From Leptogorgia sarmentosa (taxonomy: Eukaryota): a stretch of DNA of 64,000 nt. Positions 1 to 12,720 of this stretch are shown piece by piece; position 1 is the stretch's first letter, and each line of letters begins with the position of its first letter. The translations under genes were made by a program, and so were the position numbers. Below the pieces are notes generated by a model. The model was not told the origin of the DNA. It ran no database searches and saw only the letters and a list, made by a program, of their open reading frames with translations. The DNA lies in NCBI GenBank assembly GCA_964658305.1, contig OZ210885.1, forward strand, positions 19,778,001 through 19,842,000. The letters are read 5' to 3'.

Positions 1-411
1 TGAGGTCATAAGATAGACGAACCATTCATATATCGCAACCGTTGATGCAACAAGGTTGTCAAATTAGCAGGCAATGTTTTTCTATGTTTACAGTTTCCTA
101 GGTAACGAATCATGAAACGCTAACTTTAGCGTTCTTAAGCATTATTGATTTAAAAAGCAAGAGCTTCTCTTGTTTTTTATAAAGTTTTATTTAAGACAAA
201 ATATTTGCATACATGTGCGTTCCCGCCAATTACACGCAAGTCTGCCTATCTTATTTCATATGCAATTCTTTGGCTACTCCGCGACACGTGCCAATCCACA
301 TGACTATAATTGTTAAATATATTATATAATTTAAAGTTTCTTATACCACTGCAGTGGCACTCATCAGATATATTCTTTCTGTAAATTGGTTGTTTTCTAG
401 TTTATTGATTA

Positions 412-524
412 AATGGGGACGTTTTGACCAGGGCAATTGGCGACGTTTTGACCTGTACATGTGGGGACGTTTTGACCAGTGTAAGTGGGAACGTTTTGAC
501 TTGGGGACGTTTTGACCGGACACC
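412..524. repeat. Five GG(G)ACGTTTTGAC units ending ...CCGGACACC; probable subterminal repeat array/terminus of a DNA transposon
   Basis: GACGTTTTGAC core recurs at ~17-28 bp spacing and ends at 524, exactly where a hAT coding remnant begins. Confidence 0.55.
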
Positions 525-668
525 GCTCAGGGTCGACCGAGTTCTCTTTGTAGGATTTCAATTCACAAAGACATTTTAAAACTCAAAGAAGATGCCAATG
601 TGCTGCATGAGGAGGTTGTGAAAAAGTTTGTTGAAAAACCCAGAAGACTTGCCTTCCTCTACAAATAG
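525..668 (+). pseudogene. hAT transposase extreme C-terminal remnant (dimerisation domain)
   Basis: Manual translation AQGRPSSLCRISIHKDILKLKEDANVLHEEVVKKFVEKPRRLAFLYK* matches the hAT C-terminal pattern RLxxL..ISIH...F...PRRL.F. Confidence 0.65.
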
Positions 669-1330
669 ATTTAACACATTTGTGCTATCTATTTAATTTC
701 CTCTACTAATATATTTCTTATTGCTTTTCTTATTGCTTTTTTTTTTCTTATTAAATTTCAAATATATATTCTCTATAGTACTATTTGGGGAGATATCGAC
801 TTCACTTTGAACAGTGTGTGGTGACCCCACAGAATAGTATTTTCTTTCCATAGTTAAAAAAATTGTCTAATTCTCTATAGTTGTATTTGGGGAGATACCC
901 ACTTCACTTCTGTGAGTGGTGACCCCATAGAATAGTATTCTCTTTCCATAGTTAAAGTGCTACTGAATCGAAATTTTGGGGATGCGTTTTTTTACATAAT
1001 CGAATAGTTCAATCTTTCCTGATCAATATGGTATATTTTTTATAATAATTGAAGAACGGGAACACAGATAATTTTCGCTTCAAAGTTGGGCTATGCATGC
1101 GAATTTTTTCTCTTGAAATATGATGCCGGCGTGACGTAATTAAAAGGACGGAAGTCGATGTATGAGCAAGCTTTGCTATATATTTTGTTAGTGTTTTCGT
1201 GTATGTTCATGAATAAACATGAGTTTATCGAGCAGAGAAAGCAAATGGAGTTTGAATAACGAGAACTCTGATGCATATGGATTGGTTGTGAATTCCCTTG
1301 TGAATCCGTATGAAAACGAGCCGCTCGCAA

Positions 1331-2201
1331 AGCCCTATTGGACTTTCCTTTGAATGATGTTGTAGGTATTTTAGATCTGCTGTATAGGTATGATCATGTA
1401 TTGTGGGTATTAGGCTTTAGTCCTTTTTGTTATATAGTCTAGGTGTTTAAAATGTCCAGTCCGTGTTGTAGTGTGTCTTAAATGGCCAAAACACGATATT
1501 CACGCAGCGTCTATATTATAAGACTGTCCTACGAGGTGCTTTTTAGGAAGACACGCATATAGCACAGATATATACATATAAGTTCATACATTCCACGTGC
1601 ACACAATTAAAAACGTGAAAAATAAAGCTACAATTAATGTATTAAAAAGTAAAAGGAGCATGAGAGGAAGGTATTGTGGATATGGTTGTCTAAGTCAAGT
1701 GTGAAATATCTATGTATGTATGTATGTTGAGGCCATCATATAATTCAAAGAGTCTAGGATTACTAGACCTTACTTTTGAAGTATATCGGCGAGAGTTATT
1801 TGAGTATAGATACAATCATCCGTGGATAAGTTTTGTATAGTAATGTCACCTTTTACACTTTTTAATACATTAATTCTAGCTTTATTTTTCACGTTTTTAA
1901 TTGTGTGCACGTGGAATGTATAAACTTATATGTATATGTGTGTATCTGTGCTATATGCGTGTCTTCCTAAAAAGCACCTCGTAGGACAGTCTTATAATAT
2001 AGACCCTGCGCGAATATTGTGTTTTGGCCATTTACAACATACGACGACACACTACAACACGGACTGGACAGTCTAAACACTTAGATTCCTAGACTATCTA
2101 ACAAAAAGGACTAAAGCGTAGTACTCAAAATACATGATCATAGCTATACAGCAGATCTACAATACCTACAACAACATTCAAAGGAAAGTCCAATAGGACT
2201 C
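1331..2201. repeat. Long inverted repeat / MITE with ~325-350 bp arms
   Basis: 1331-1656 (CCTATTGGACTTTCCTTTGAATG...TAAAAGG) is the near reverse complement of 1849-2201; no clear TSD. Confidence 0.8.
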
Positions 2202-2242
2202 TTTGATTATCAGTTCAACAATGAACGGTCCATATTGTGAGT

Positions 2243-2640
2243 TTACAGTTTGTCTTATATTAATACGTTGAGGATGTTGCAGCCCTCTTCGAGAGTTTTA
2301 TGACGCTAAATGTGGTTCACCTACGTGCGCAGCTTGGTTTTCCTAATTTGCCCAATTTGCGTAAAGCAAAGTTAAAACTATAGACCCAAAAGTTAAGTTG
2401 GAAAATGACAAACAGTTTGTCTTATAGTATTTGCGTGGGGATTAAGACTGCGCAAAATATGTTGAGGATGCTGCAGCCCTCTGTTTGAGAGTTTTATCTA
2501 CATTCGAGAACGTTAAAGACGTATAAGTGACGCTAAATGTGGTTCACCTACGTGCGCGGCTTGATTTTCCTAATTTGCACAATTTGCGTAAAGTAAAGTT
2601 AAAACTATAGACCCAAAAGTTAAGTTAGAAAATGACAATT
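2243..2640 (+). repeat. Imperfect tandem duplication (~170/230-bp units)
   Basis: ACAGTTTGTCTTATA...GACGCTAAATGTGGTTCACCTACGTGCGC...GAAAATGACAA present twice. Confidence 0.8.
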
Positions 2641-3774
2641 TTGTATATATTTATATAGGCTTGTAGCTATCAAATTCAACTTCCGTCCTTTAAATGATGT
2701 CACACGTCCAAGGTCAATTTCGCATCGAAACACGCAAAAATGCCAACTTTGAGCGCAATTTTCGATACCTTCTCGTCGACGGAATACAATATGTGATATA
2801 CCAAAATGATCAGCGAAACGGGGAGAAACGGATTATGTAAAAAAACGCATACCCAAAATTTCGATTCAGTAGCACTTTAAAACAATTCTCTATTGTAGTA
2901 TTTGGGGAGATACCCACTTCACTTCTGTGAGTGGTGACCCCAAGACCTTATAGCTGGTTTAACAACTGTGGTTTCACATGGTCATGAATAATTGAGCTGA
3001 CGGGTGTGTTCCTCAAACATAATCACGAAAAAACACAAAAAATGTCTGCAGCCTCCGACAGTCCATGTCGGATTCGCTGGTAATGCACGTGCCCGTGATA
3101 AATGTCACAGTTTGCACTTGCCAGTGGCTCCTAGGCATGCTGATGAGCTCTAACATTGAGCAAAACAGTCAAATGTTGCTGAAAAGTCATTATAAATCAC
3201 TGTATTTTTGTAATTGTAACAAATATTTATCCTTCTATAAGCTCAACTGTCACTGCTCAAATCGCATTTCCGAGCTTCTAAGTTTTAAAATACCGCCAGA
3301 CACCCCTAAACGTCTCACGCCTACGGCGCTCAACAAGCAGCACCAAACATTTCAAGCTGGCTACGCCACTGTCTGTAGGCTAATGTGTGAATTCCATTGT
3401 GCAGTATAGTATGTTTGTCATCACCAGCGGATAATGTTTTCATTTGTAGTTTTGCAATGTTTAGCAGATCTTTTTGTTGTCCTTCTTGTATTTTGTCGCA
3501 AAACGCGCGCTCGCCAGTCCGCAGGCGCACCACACACGGATTGGCGTGATATAAGCGCGTTCCCCTGCCCATGTTTTATTGCGCCCTGGTTTTATACACC
3601 TCCCAACCCCTCATGGTTTCATTATTTTGCAATGCAGGACTCCACTGAAAAACACTTAGGTGATGTGGGTTCCTGTCTAAATATAATAATAATGATTATA
3701 GAGATTTTATGATCAAGGGCAAGAAATTATTGTTATGGGAGATTTTTGTTGTGAGACGAATAACAAGGCAGAGA

Positions 3775-3833
3775 AAAAGTAAGAACAAAAATTGCAAAGC
3801 ATTCGTTCTATTATAATGGCCGTATTATTTATA
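3775..3833 (+). mobile_element. LINE (CR1/L2-group) ORF2 C-terminal remnant, left half of Helentron target site
   Basis: Reads KVRTKIAKHSFYYNGRIIY(N), resembling the L2/CR1 C-terminal motif; continues after 15901. Confidence 0.55.
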
Positions 3834-5624
3834 ACTAGGGATCCAAGGATAGTGCAAAGTTTCAAAAGATAGACATCACGTTACATGGCTTATAGTTGCA
3901 TAATTGCTGTTCATAAATGCGGGCTTAGTCATAAAATTGGCGAAATTCAATTATACAGCAGCTATAGCTATTATTCAAAGTCAGTTTAAGACTAATTGAA
4001 AGGAACAACGGCAATGTCCACAATTATGGATAGGCTAAATATATTTTGTTTAATCATAGTACTTCGAGAAAACAAAATAGTTATTTGAATTACTTGAATT
4101 CTTTATTTCCCCTTTTCAGTATTTGTCATTTACACCATCGTATAAACATAATAAAGCATACATGAATCATTTTCTGCCACATGATGTCATATGACATAAT
4201 ATAGAAATAATACAAGATTGGTACATGTGTAATATGTCTGAATGACGTAGCTAGTTTGGACTATAAGAATCACTTCGCTCTTTTCATATCAGAAAGTGAA
4301 GCCTCAAACCTCATATAGACACAAATCAATAATTAATCGAGATTGTTTCAAACAGTGCTTCCTTGTAATTTGCGTTGATTTCACAACGGCTTAAACTCAG
4401 TGTTTCTTATCTTTTCTTCTGAAATTCATATTATCTATAGGTTGACCATGGTTGCATGTATGACAGTTTTCTTGACTGCATAATTTCTTTGTTGTTCAAT
4501 CCAAGTATAGTCCATAGCCTATGCGATATTGTCATCGTGTATGCATATCGTTCAATTCGCATCACGCATTGTTTTATCTGGATAAAAATACAAATTTAGT
4601 ACTTAGTCTTAGTACTTAATTATATTATTTTTACTTAGCAGATCTGTACGGATTAATATTCTCATGTTAGTCGTATAATTATAATTTATAGCAAATGAGT
4701 TAGTCTTCAATATTACTGGTTTACTGTACTATCCATGAATTGGTAGTAGTAGTCCTGCGTTTATATACAGTATAGTTGAACAGCGACCTTCCAATGCTTC
4801 TTGATCTTCTTGGTTTGCCCAGTTGGGAACATTAGATCGATCTAGTATATATTATAATTATTATACAATACCTTATTAGTTTATTTTTGTTCATTCTTCT
4901 TAGTCAAACAGATTCTTAACGATGGTGATGATAATAGACTGAAATAGTTTAAATAATCAAATTAGTATGGAAAGAATTACTGTATGTACAATACACGAAG
5001 TCTAGGGGAACAGTAAGTTGCGAAAGGGACAATTATTGAATTAAGTAGCTATTGCAAAATTCAGAAAAGAAAACAACATTTACCGAAAACTCACCTTTTG
5101 AAAGCCTTGAAGCCACCACGGGGGAAACCTTCTTCTCCCCTAGTAAGTAGGGACATTGACCCCTCCAAAATAGGGTCGGAGGAAAACATGTTCTAGTCAG
5201 CATTCACTTGATTGATTATTAGTGCTATAATTGTGCTTAAATTGTTTTTATCTGTTCTGATATATGTTGCAAAATGTTCTAAAAATGTTCTGATAGTTCT
5301 GATGTATGTTCTGAAATGTTCTGATATCGGTTCTGTAAATTTTTATCTTTGTTCTGAAGATATTTTCTTTATCATCACTGCATGGTCATCTGTAAATTTA
5401 TATTAATTCTTTTCATCTTTTGATATAGTTTTAGATGAATGGTTTTATAATTCCAACCTCACAAGCTACACTCTTTACCTGGCCTTGGGTTACAGACACA
5501 GATAAAGAGCCTGGCTTGCAATGTTGTGTAATAAGCGAGATTGTATACCTGCATGTGCTTGTAACCCCTGCAAGGGCAGGTAAAGAGTCAGGTTTGCGAT
5601 ATTGGAATTAAAACAGTTAATATA

Positions 5625-6239
5625 TCATATCAGGGATACAAATATAGGCTTATGGTCACTAAAGTACGATTCTAAAGCACCACTATTTTGTATTCGTTCA
5701 GGGATATTGGTGTAGATGTGATCAATTTGTGTTTTATAGTCAGTTGTTACTTGCTTAATAAGTTGTACATATTGTTTTTCTTCAATTAAATATTTGCAAA
5801 GTGTCTTTTTATCAGACGCGTTTTCAAATAGGTTAACATTAAAATCACCAAGAATGATAACAGGGGTAATAGCATCATTTATAAAAGTAGAATGCAAGTG
5901 TCTTAAAGCATTAATCAAACTTGAAATATTTACTTTCGATTTAGAGCGATAAATTCCTACAATGTGCAAATTAATTACTGGTTGATTTATTTGGACTAAT
6001 GTTATTTCTTCATGATTGTGATTGCACCTTATAGGTTCTGAGATTAGCTGAATATTATCTTTTACGTAAATAGCCGTTCCGTACGGTGTTCTTGTACCAT
6101 GTGACATAAAATCATTTCGGAAAAGTTGAAAGCCTGGCATCTCATACAACTCATTGTTGTCATTACTACATAGAGCAGTTTCTACAAAAATATTGATATC
6201 AGCTGCTTTTAACATTGTAATCACTCGCAACATCAGCAA
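5625..6239 (-). pseudogene. Helentron C-terminal AP-like endonuclease domain (frameshifted from RepHel at ~6205)
   Basis: QNVRSLHLH (end of the upstream ORF), IFVET, GIYRS, ILGDFNV, IDHIYTN and YFSDHKP EEP-family motifs. Confidence 0.9.
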
Positions 6240-9200
6240 CGTGAAGATGTAATGATCTCACATTCTGGAATAGTATCTTAAATGTTTCGGTTGTATCTTT
6301 ATAAAGAAATGGAATATGACTGGTAAGTGAAGCATTTTGTCGTAGTCTTGTCATTTCCTCTTGTACTTTCTTGCTCACAGCTATTTTATTTTCGTTCAGA
6401 TTAAGAACATGTAATCCTGAAATGCTTCTAAGCCTGCTAAGTGCAACGTAATGCATGTGTTCTCGTTTAGAAGATGGAAGGTCCACAACGGCCTCGTTTA
6501 ATGTATCTCCTTGACAACGGTGAATAGTTTTGGCTGCAGATGGTCTTAAAGGAAACTGTCTGCGAAGAACTTGCACTTGAAGTCTTCTGAACTGTCTAGT
6601 GATCTCTAAAATTGGAACCCAACTTTTTTCTACACTTTGGTTATAAAGATGAGAGTATTCTCTGCGATAATCGTTTCCAATGTATTGTTCTTGAAATAAA
6701 ACCCAGATAATACTTGGTCTTGATGAACCTAGTACTCGGTAATCAACTTTTTTAATTATACACTCAGCACCATTAGTCATACCATCTACAACTGATACGT
6801 TTGTCGTAAGATCATATTTGGCTTCCTTCAGTATTTTACAAACTGAGTACAAGCCCATTGTTTTAGAAGGGTCATTAGGGATTTGCTTTTTAACTCTTTC
6901 TTTTAAGTCGTCAGATAAATCTCCAAGGACAATATCAATTGCTTTAACCTCGACCTTCTCGTTTACAGATTTATTAAATATGCTATGATTATGTTGATCT
7001 ACTGCCATGTTAGTACTAAATAAATGGGTTGAAGTCATTGGATAATCAGGATGTTCTGGACTAAGTTTCAAAATTCTTTCTTTTAAAACTTCAATGTCAG
7101 ATTCAGTATGTTTACCTTCTCTTATTCTATTTAAAATTTGAGCGAAGTCTTTGTCTCCTCTTTGTCTCATAACCTCTGTTAATTCAAACATTTGAAAATA
7201 TTGTTGCCAGAGATTTGTTGCTAATGTAGCATAACCATCCTTTGAGTTCTCAAATATCCAATTATCAAATACGGGTTTCAGTTGAAGTAAGTCGCCAACA
7301 GTAATTATACTCAGACCGCCAAATGGCTCTTTTGTGCCCATAATCTGTTGCAATCTTTGGTCTAAAAAATTAAACATACCACTGCCTACCATAGAGATCT
7401 CGTCAATAAAAATAACTTGCAGTCTCTCTAACTGAGATCTTATAGTATTTAATCTGTCTCTATCAAGTGTGCAATAGTTAAATCCTCTGTTAGCAGGAAT
7501 TTTAAAGGCGGAATGAAGTGTATTTCCTCTTATATTAAACGCAGCTTTTCCTGTGGGTGCTACTTTAATAACACTGAGATCGTCTGGATCATTTTCTAGT
7601 TGAACATTTAAATATCTAATAAGTGCTTCATACAAAGCATTTGTAACTGTACTTTTACCCACACCAGCACCTCCGCTTAAAAACAATCTTAATGGCATTT
7701 TACCAGTTTTTACAGAATTCAATACATGGTAAAAAAATTCCTTTTGCTCAATATTAAGTGATTGGACGAGCTTTCCAAAATCATCATCTTTTAGTCGTTT
7801 TACAACTAGTTCTTCGTTATCATTTGTTCGTGGGTATATACCAATGTCATTTATCAAGTCGTATTCGGTGTGTTGCTTATTTTTGCCAGGATCAAAACAT
7901 CCAAATAATTCACTTGCTTTTGTGCCAATTTCTTTATCTTGTTCATCTCTATATTGTGCGTTAGGAGCAACAATATTACAAAGATCCTCACTTTCAATAT
8001 CTTGTACTGCCTGGTCAAGAACTTCTGAATTATTCCCGCACCGCTTTCTGTTTTGTTCAATCAGATCTTTAACATCTTCAAGTCGATCCTGGTAGGTTTG
8101 GAAATCCTTGAGAAGATCTTTCTTTTCATTTCTCCAAGGAGTGTAAAGCATAATTTGTTCTCTGCAATAATTTTCCGGATCTTTGTTCTTATTGAATCTA
8201 ACTGACCGTATTATCCTTGGTTTTTGCCTTTTCGTGAGTATTATTCCTCCTTTCATTTGATATTCATCACCTTCGTGCAACGTTTCGTCATTTTCAGAGA
8301 CATCATCATCTACATTATCACTGAAATCAATTTCCAAAAGACAATCATCTGATAAAACTGTCGAATCAACATTTGGTTTAGCTGTTTTTTGCTGATCACT
8401 CTGACTTTTACAATTAAACCATGCAACAAAATCTGCCAAACACAAATGTTCCAATTGCTTTGGTCTTCTCTGATATCTTTTAATAACATTGTCTAACTCA
8501 ATATCAACGGAATGATCTGGTAGTTCCTTAAGTTTATCCATACCTTTAACTAAGAATGTTCTTTCATCTGGATCTGACGTATTAATAAATTGGAATTCTC
8601 TAGATGATCTTCTCAAAGGCATTTGCAGAACTAAATGCACAGCCTCTTGTGCACTTATTTCAACAGCATTAAGAAACTTATTACCAATATGTCTTACTTT
8701 GTTTACAATATTTTTATTGCCCTCCTTTGCTTCGTCACAAGCTTTACGAAGTAACTTGCTCATTCCTCTTTGACCTTTAGTAATATAGGAAAGGATATAA
8801 ACAGCACAAGCATAGGGATCTAGTACGAATTGAATATCCATGTTAGCTCGCCAAGCTCTGAGTAAATTTGGATTGTAACAGTTAATTCTAATCTCAGCTG
8901 GCGATCGTTTCAATAAGAGAGTATTATGTTTAAGCGAAAGCCTTATAGCCTCTAGATACTGCTTTTCTGATAAATCGAGCTTTCCAAGAAATTCATCAAA
9001 GGTCATCGTTTCATCAGCCATGATAGAGTCTAATAATGAACAGATTCGCCCTAAATCTTTTTTTAATTTGTCTGCCATATTTTCTTCAAGACTAATCTCT
9101 GACAAAGGTTCTAAAATCATAGTTCTTGGCATTGGCGGTAATGGAAAATTAAATCTGCAAGCATTATGTCCCTTTTTCTTGCATGATTTTGAGTGTTTAT

Positions 9201-9984
9201 GTCTTTGTAAGTTTACGAGTTCAGCCAATTCATCTGAATCAGCACTACATGAAACATAACTATCTACAAACGTTGCAATGTCATAGTCAGAATCTTTTCC
9301 ATACTCAGGAGCGCTTTTGATCCAGAATAATCCATGGATATGTGGTGAACCTCGTTGTTGGAATTCAACACGATAGAAAAAATCAACAACTTCTCCAATT
9401 GGATTATTTGAACTTTTGATAAAGCCATGAATAAATAATTGTACCATGTGTTCAAAATTTCGTGCACATGTGACTGGGTCTTTCTGTATCAATTCCGATT
9501 TTTTCTGCCAAGTCATTTCCTTGATTTCATCGTCCGTATAATCCTTATTGTCAATAAGACGGCCAAGAATTTTGATCAAGTGAATCCATCTTGTTTCAGC
9601 AGCTGAGAATGAACAGAACCAGGTTGGATTACCAAGCTGACGAATCATTCCAAATAAATCTTTCTTGCATCTTTCAAAGTATGGAGGTGAACCGCGTAAA
9701 TTCCTGAAAACTCTGAAGCCTTCATCTAAATTAATTAACTTATTAACTGAACTTTCTGACTTCAAGTCTCCAGCTGTGTAAGTTTTACCTTTCGTTTTAC
9801 ATTTACGCAATGATAAACTTGCGCTACCTTGAATTTGCTTGATTTGTAGTTTCTTTAATTTGTAAAATATATTTGGCACTGACTGTGCAACCCTTCTATC
9901 TCTGTTTCGCAATTCCCATTTACAAATTGTACTATAATGGGACAGGCACCAATCTTTCATTATTATCAGCTCGACGTTCGCCAC
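6199..9984 (-). pseudogene. Helentron Rep (HUH/Y2) + Pif1-family SF1B helicase
   Basis: Rep motifs FFYRVEFQQRGSPHIHGLFW and YACAVYILSYITK; helicase motifs GGAGVGKS, APTGKAA, IDEISMV, GDLLQLKPV, LTEVMRQ, TIHRCQGDT, YVALSR; joined to upstream frames by frameshifts. Confidence 0.95.
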
Positions 9985-10282
9985 AATAAATAGTGGGAAA
10001 AGACAAAAACTCAGAATCTTTATCTATAAATATACCAAGAGGTCTGTTTCCTTCACCTGGTGCAAAACTGATTATTTTATCACCGTGCTGAGAAATGTCA
10101 GGTTCTTGTAATAATGTGTCCATAACACCTGATGGTCGTTCAGTTGCTTCACACCACTCATCGTCAGTATCATTATCAATGCCTATGGAGTCATTACAAG
10201 CTTGACTTTCGATTTTTTCTTGTACTAACATTATTTGGCAATTCATTTTTCTTGTCAACAAATTCTGACCACTCTTTCTCAT
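9932..10282 (-). pseudogene. Helentron polyprotein middle segment (pre-Rep)
   Basis: ISFAPGEGNRPLGIFIDKDSEFLSFPTIYCG is the conserved segment preceding the Helitron Rep domain; an extra base at ~9940 separates it from HYSTICKWELR. Confidence 0.85.
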
Positions 10283-11960
10283 TATTAACTGGGTTTGTTA
10301 CATAATTATCTGACACTTATATTCAAAAACGAAGGAATACATCACTGGTGTGAACTAAATATTGGGCTGCTTTTAAAACTTTGCTTGGTCTTACATTCTG
10401 AAATTGATAGTGGTGTTTGTAACTCAACCGTCGCTTTAATTTAATTGGAATAGTTTCCGACTCATTAATTGGTCTTGGTAAGATGCTAACAGTTGAATTC
10501 ACATCGGAAGGTACGTTAACTACGTTGCCATGAATGCTCAATTGACCTCCACTAGGCAATTCTCGTACCTGCATAAAAGGTATTCTTGGTGAAATTAATC
10601 TTTCTTCAAGAGGTGTTAAATTCTTCAAAGCATCAGGCTTCTCAGGGAAAGTCATTTTATTTGCCTTTGCACAACTTGGAAGTTTTCCAACTTTCAGGTT
10701 TGAGTCACATGTGCCACATATCCATTCAGTGTCATCAATGCTTTTAAGACCAGTGAGACATAAACTAAGAATTTTTCTTGAACACGATTTATACGATGAA
10801 GCATTGCATTTAGTGACAGATGATCTATACCATAACTGGTCACAACACGTACAAATGTATTCTGGACCAACACTTATATTCTTATGAAATAATTCAATGG
10901 CTTTTGTTATGTTAATTGGTGGTATTCTCTTTGCAGAATTATCAGTTGAATTGCTTTTCCATCTCTTGTGGTTATATATCTCAGTTTCGTTTTCAATATT
11001 AGATAGCTTTCTTTTTAAATTAATATATTTTCTTTTTTGAGTGTCTTTAACTTTTTCTGAATACTTTTGCTTGTAGATTTTATTTGATATTTTTGACGAT
11101 TGTTGAACTTTTTCAGGATTTGATTGTCTGTATGTTGCATTTGCTTTTTTAATAGATTCTTTAATGCTTTTAGGATTTGATTGTCTGTATGTTGCAACAG
11201 ATTCTTTACATTTTTCGGGCTTTGATTGTCTGTATTTTGCGGTAGCTTTTTGTGACGAGATCTTAAGATTTTCAGGATTTAAAATTTTGTACTTTTTATT
11301 GTATGTCTTTTTTCGTTTATTTTCCCTACTTTTGAATTCGTTATCCATTCTCCTATTCTTCATATATTCCCTCATATAGTTCTTTCTATTTTGCAATTTG
11401 ACAGATCGTTTAGACTGTGTCTGTGTTCCATCAAATTGCGAATTTACTAATTTCGCTTTTTGGTGTTCATTTGTTGTCTGCATCAGCGACTGCATGTAAC
11501 TATTTCTTTGTTCAGAAAGAGATTGCGGAGATGATGACACATAATGCATTTCATCAAGATGTCCGATATAAATATGCCTTATATTTACTCCAGGCTCATT
11601 AGCGTGTATAGAAGTCACAACGGTCGTCTCGGTGAAATTTGCTGCAGTTTCCGTTATGTGAATTATTAAATTATTTGAATTGGCAACTGCTTGTATAATA
11701 ATATGGTCTGCCCATGTTCCTAGCTTGGCCATGTTTTGTAAATATTGCAACCATGAATTCTCAGTATTATATTCTATAAAATATTCTGGGCGGTTAATTA
11801 AATGCTGAATTGCAAGTGCTCTTATTTGGGGATGACGATCTTCTGTTCTGTAAAGCTGGTGACTTACACTACGAAAGAAACAATTACCATCACCGACGAT
11901 GTTTACTGGATTCAGACCTATTCGATCTAGTCTTGTGGTCAACACTGACATAAAATTAGC

Positions 11961-11987
11961 AGGTCCTGGATTCAATTCTATATCACC
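11961..11987 (-). other. 2A-like (StopGo/ribosome-skipping) motif GDIELNPG|P
   Basis: In frame (aa 266-274 of the 819-aa ORF); exact match to D-[VI]-E-x-N-P-G-P, preceded by hydrophobic SLFVCG. Confidence 0.8.
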
Positions 11988-12493
11988 ACACACGAATAAG
12001 GAGTATACGTCAGATGTCTTTAGTCTTTGTATATTACATTTACTAGTGCTCACGACTTTAGATCGATTTGATTTAAACAACTTGTATTTTCTTATCCTAT
12101 ATCTGTTGATATTGGGATGACGATAATCATTTCGAGATGAAAGTGATATTGAGATTGTATATGTGTTGGTATTATTCAGTTTCAAGTGGCGTTCACAATT
12201 TTTTGCATTCTCATATGTACATGCGTTGAAAATATTCTTTTGGCTTCCGTGATCATGAATGCCAAGGTCACTGACTTCATTAAGTTTAATAACCTCACAA
12301 GTGTTAGGCAGTTTATCATATAACGTTATCAAAGGTTCTTCATAAATTATCAATAGTTGCTCGTAAGTTATGATAGGTATAAATGCAGTTTCACATAAAT
12401 CACGATATTGCACCTTTGTGCCGGACCCGTGAAATCGGTCCGTGTCGATGTCGTGTTGGACATCTACGCGCCTTTTAACATCCGACATGTTGG

Positions 12494-12720
12494 CCTGGCG
12501 AGTCAAGGGCTTGTCGATAACAAAGTTGCTATCTCCTTGCCTTTTGTTTCGATTTATACATGAAACACCCTGGCAAGTCAAGGGCCTGTCGATAACAAAG
12601 TTGCTATCTCCTTGCCTTTTGTTTCGATTCATACATGAAACACCCTGGCAAGTCAAGGGCTTGTCGATAACAAAGTTTCCTTGTCTTTCGTTTCGATTTA
12701 TACATGGGACACCCTGGTAA
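12494..12720 (-). repeat. 75-bp coding tandem repeat (about 3 units of TCQGVSCxNRNKRQGDSNFVIDxPL)
   Basis: CCTGGCAAGTCAAGGGC recurs at 75-bp spacing (12569, 12644). Confidence 0.9.

Larger units (their letters stand above)
956..2876. mobile_element. Non-autonomous TIR element with TTAA target duplication (Kolobok-like)
   Basis: TTAA(952-955) AGTGCTACTGAATCGAAATTTTGGG...CCCAAAATTTCGATTCAGTAGCACT TTAA(2877-2880). TTAA TSD with RR..YY termini is the Kolobok signature; no coding capacity seen. Confidence 0.8.
770..2941 (+). repeat. ~100-bp tandem repeat (three units, TATTTGGGGAGATA...GTGGTGACCCC), interrupted at a TTAA by the 956-2876 element
   Basis: Units at ~770-870, ~870-955, resuming at 2881-2941. 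Confidence 0.75.

Noticed and set aside
412..524. CRISPR-like repeat/spacer appearance
   Set aside because: Repeat core is only ~11-15 bp with short irregular spacers, there are no cas genes, and the context is eukaryotic; better read as a transposon subterminal repeat
6199..9984. Host PIF1 helicase gene
   Set aside because: Fused to HUH Rep and endonuclease, intronless, frameshifted and bounded by Helentron termini
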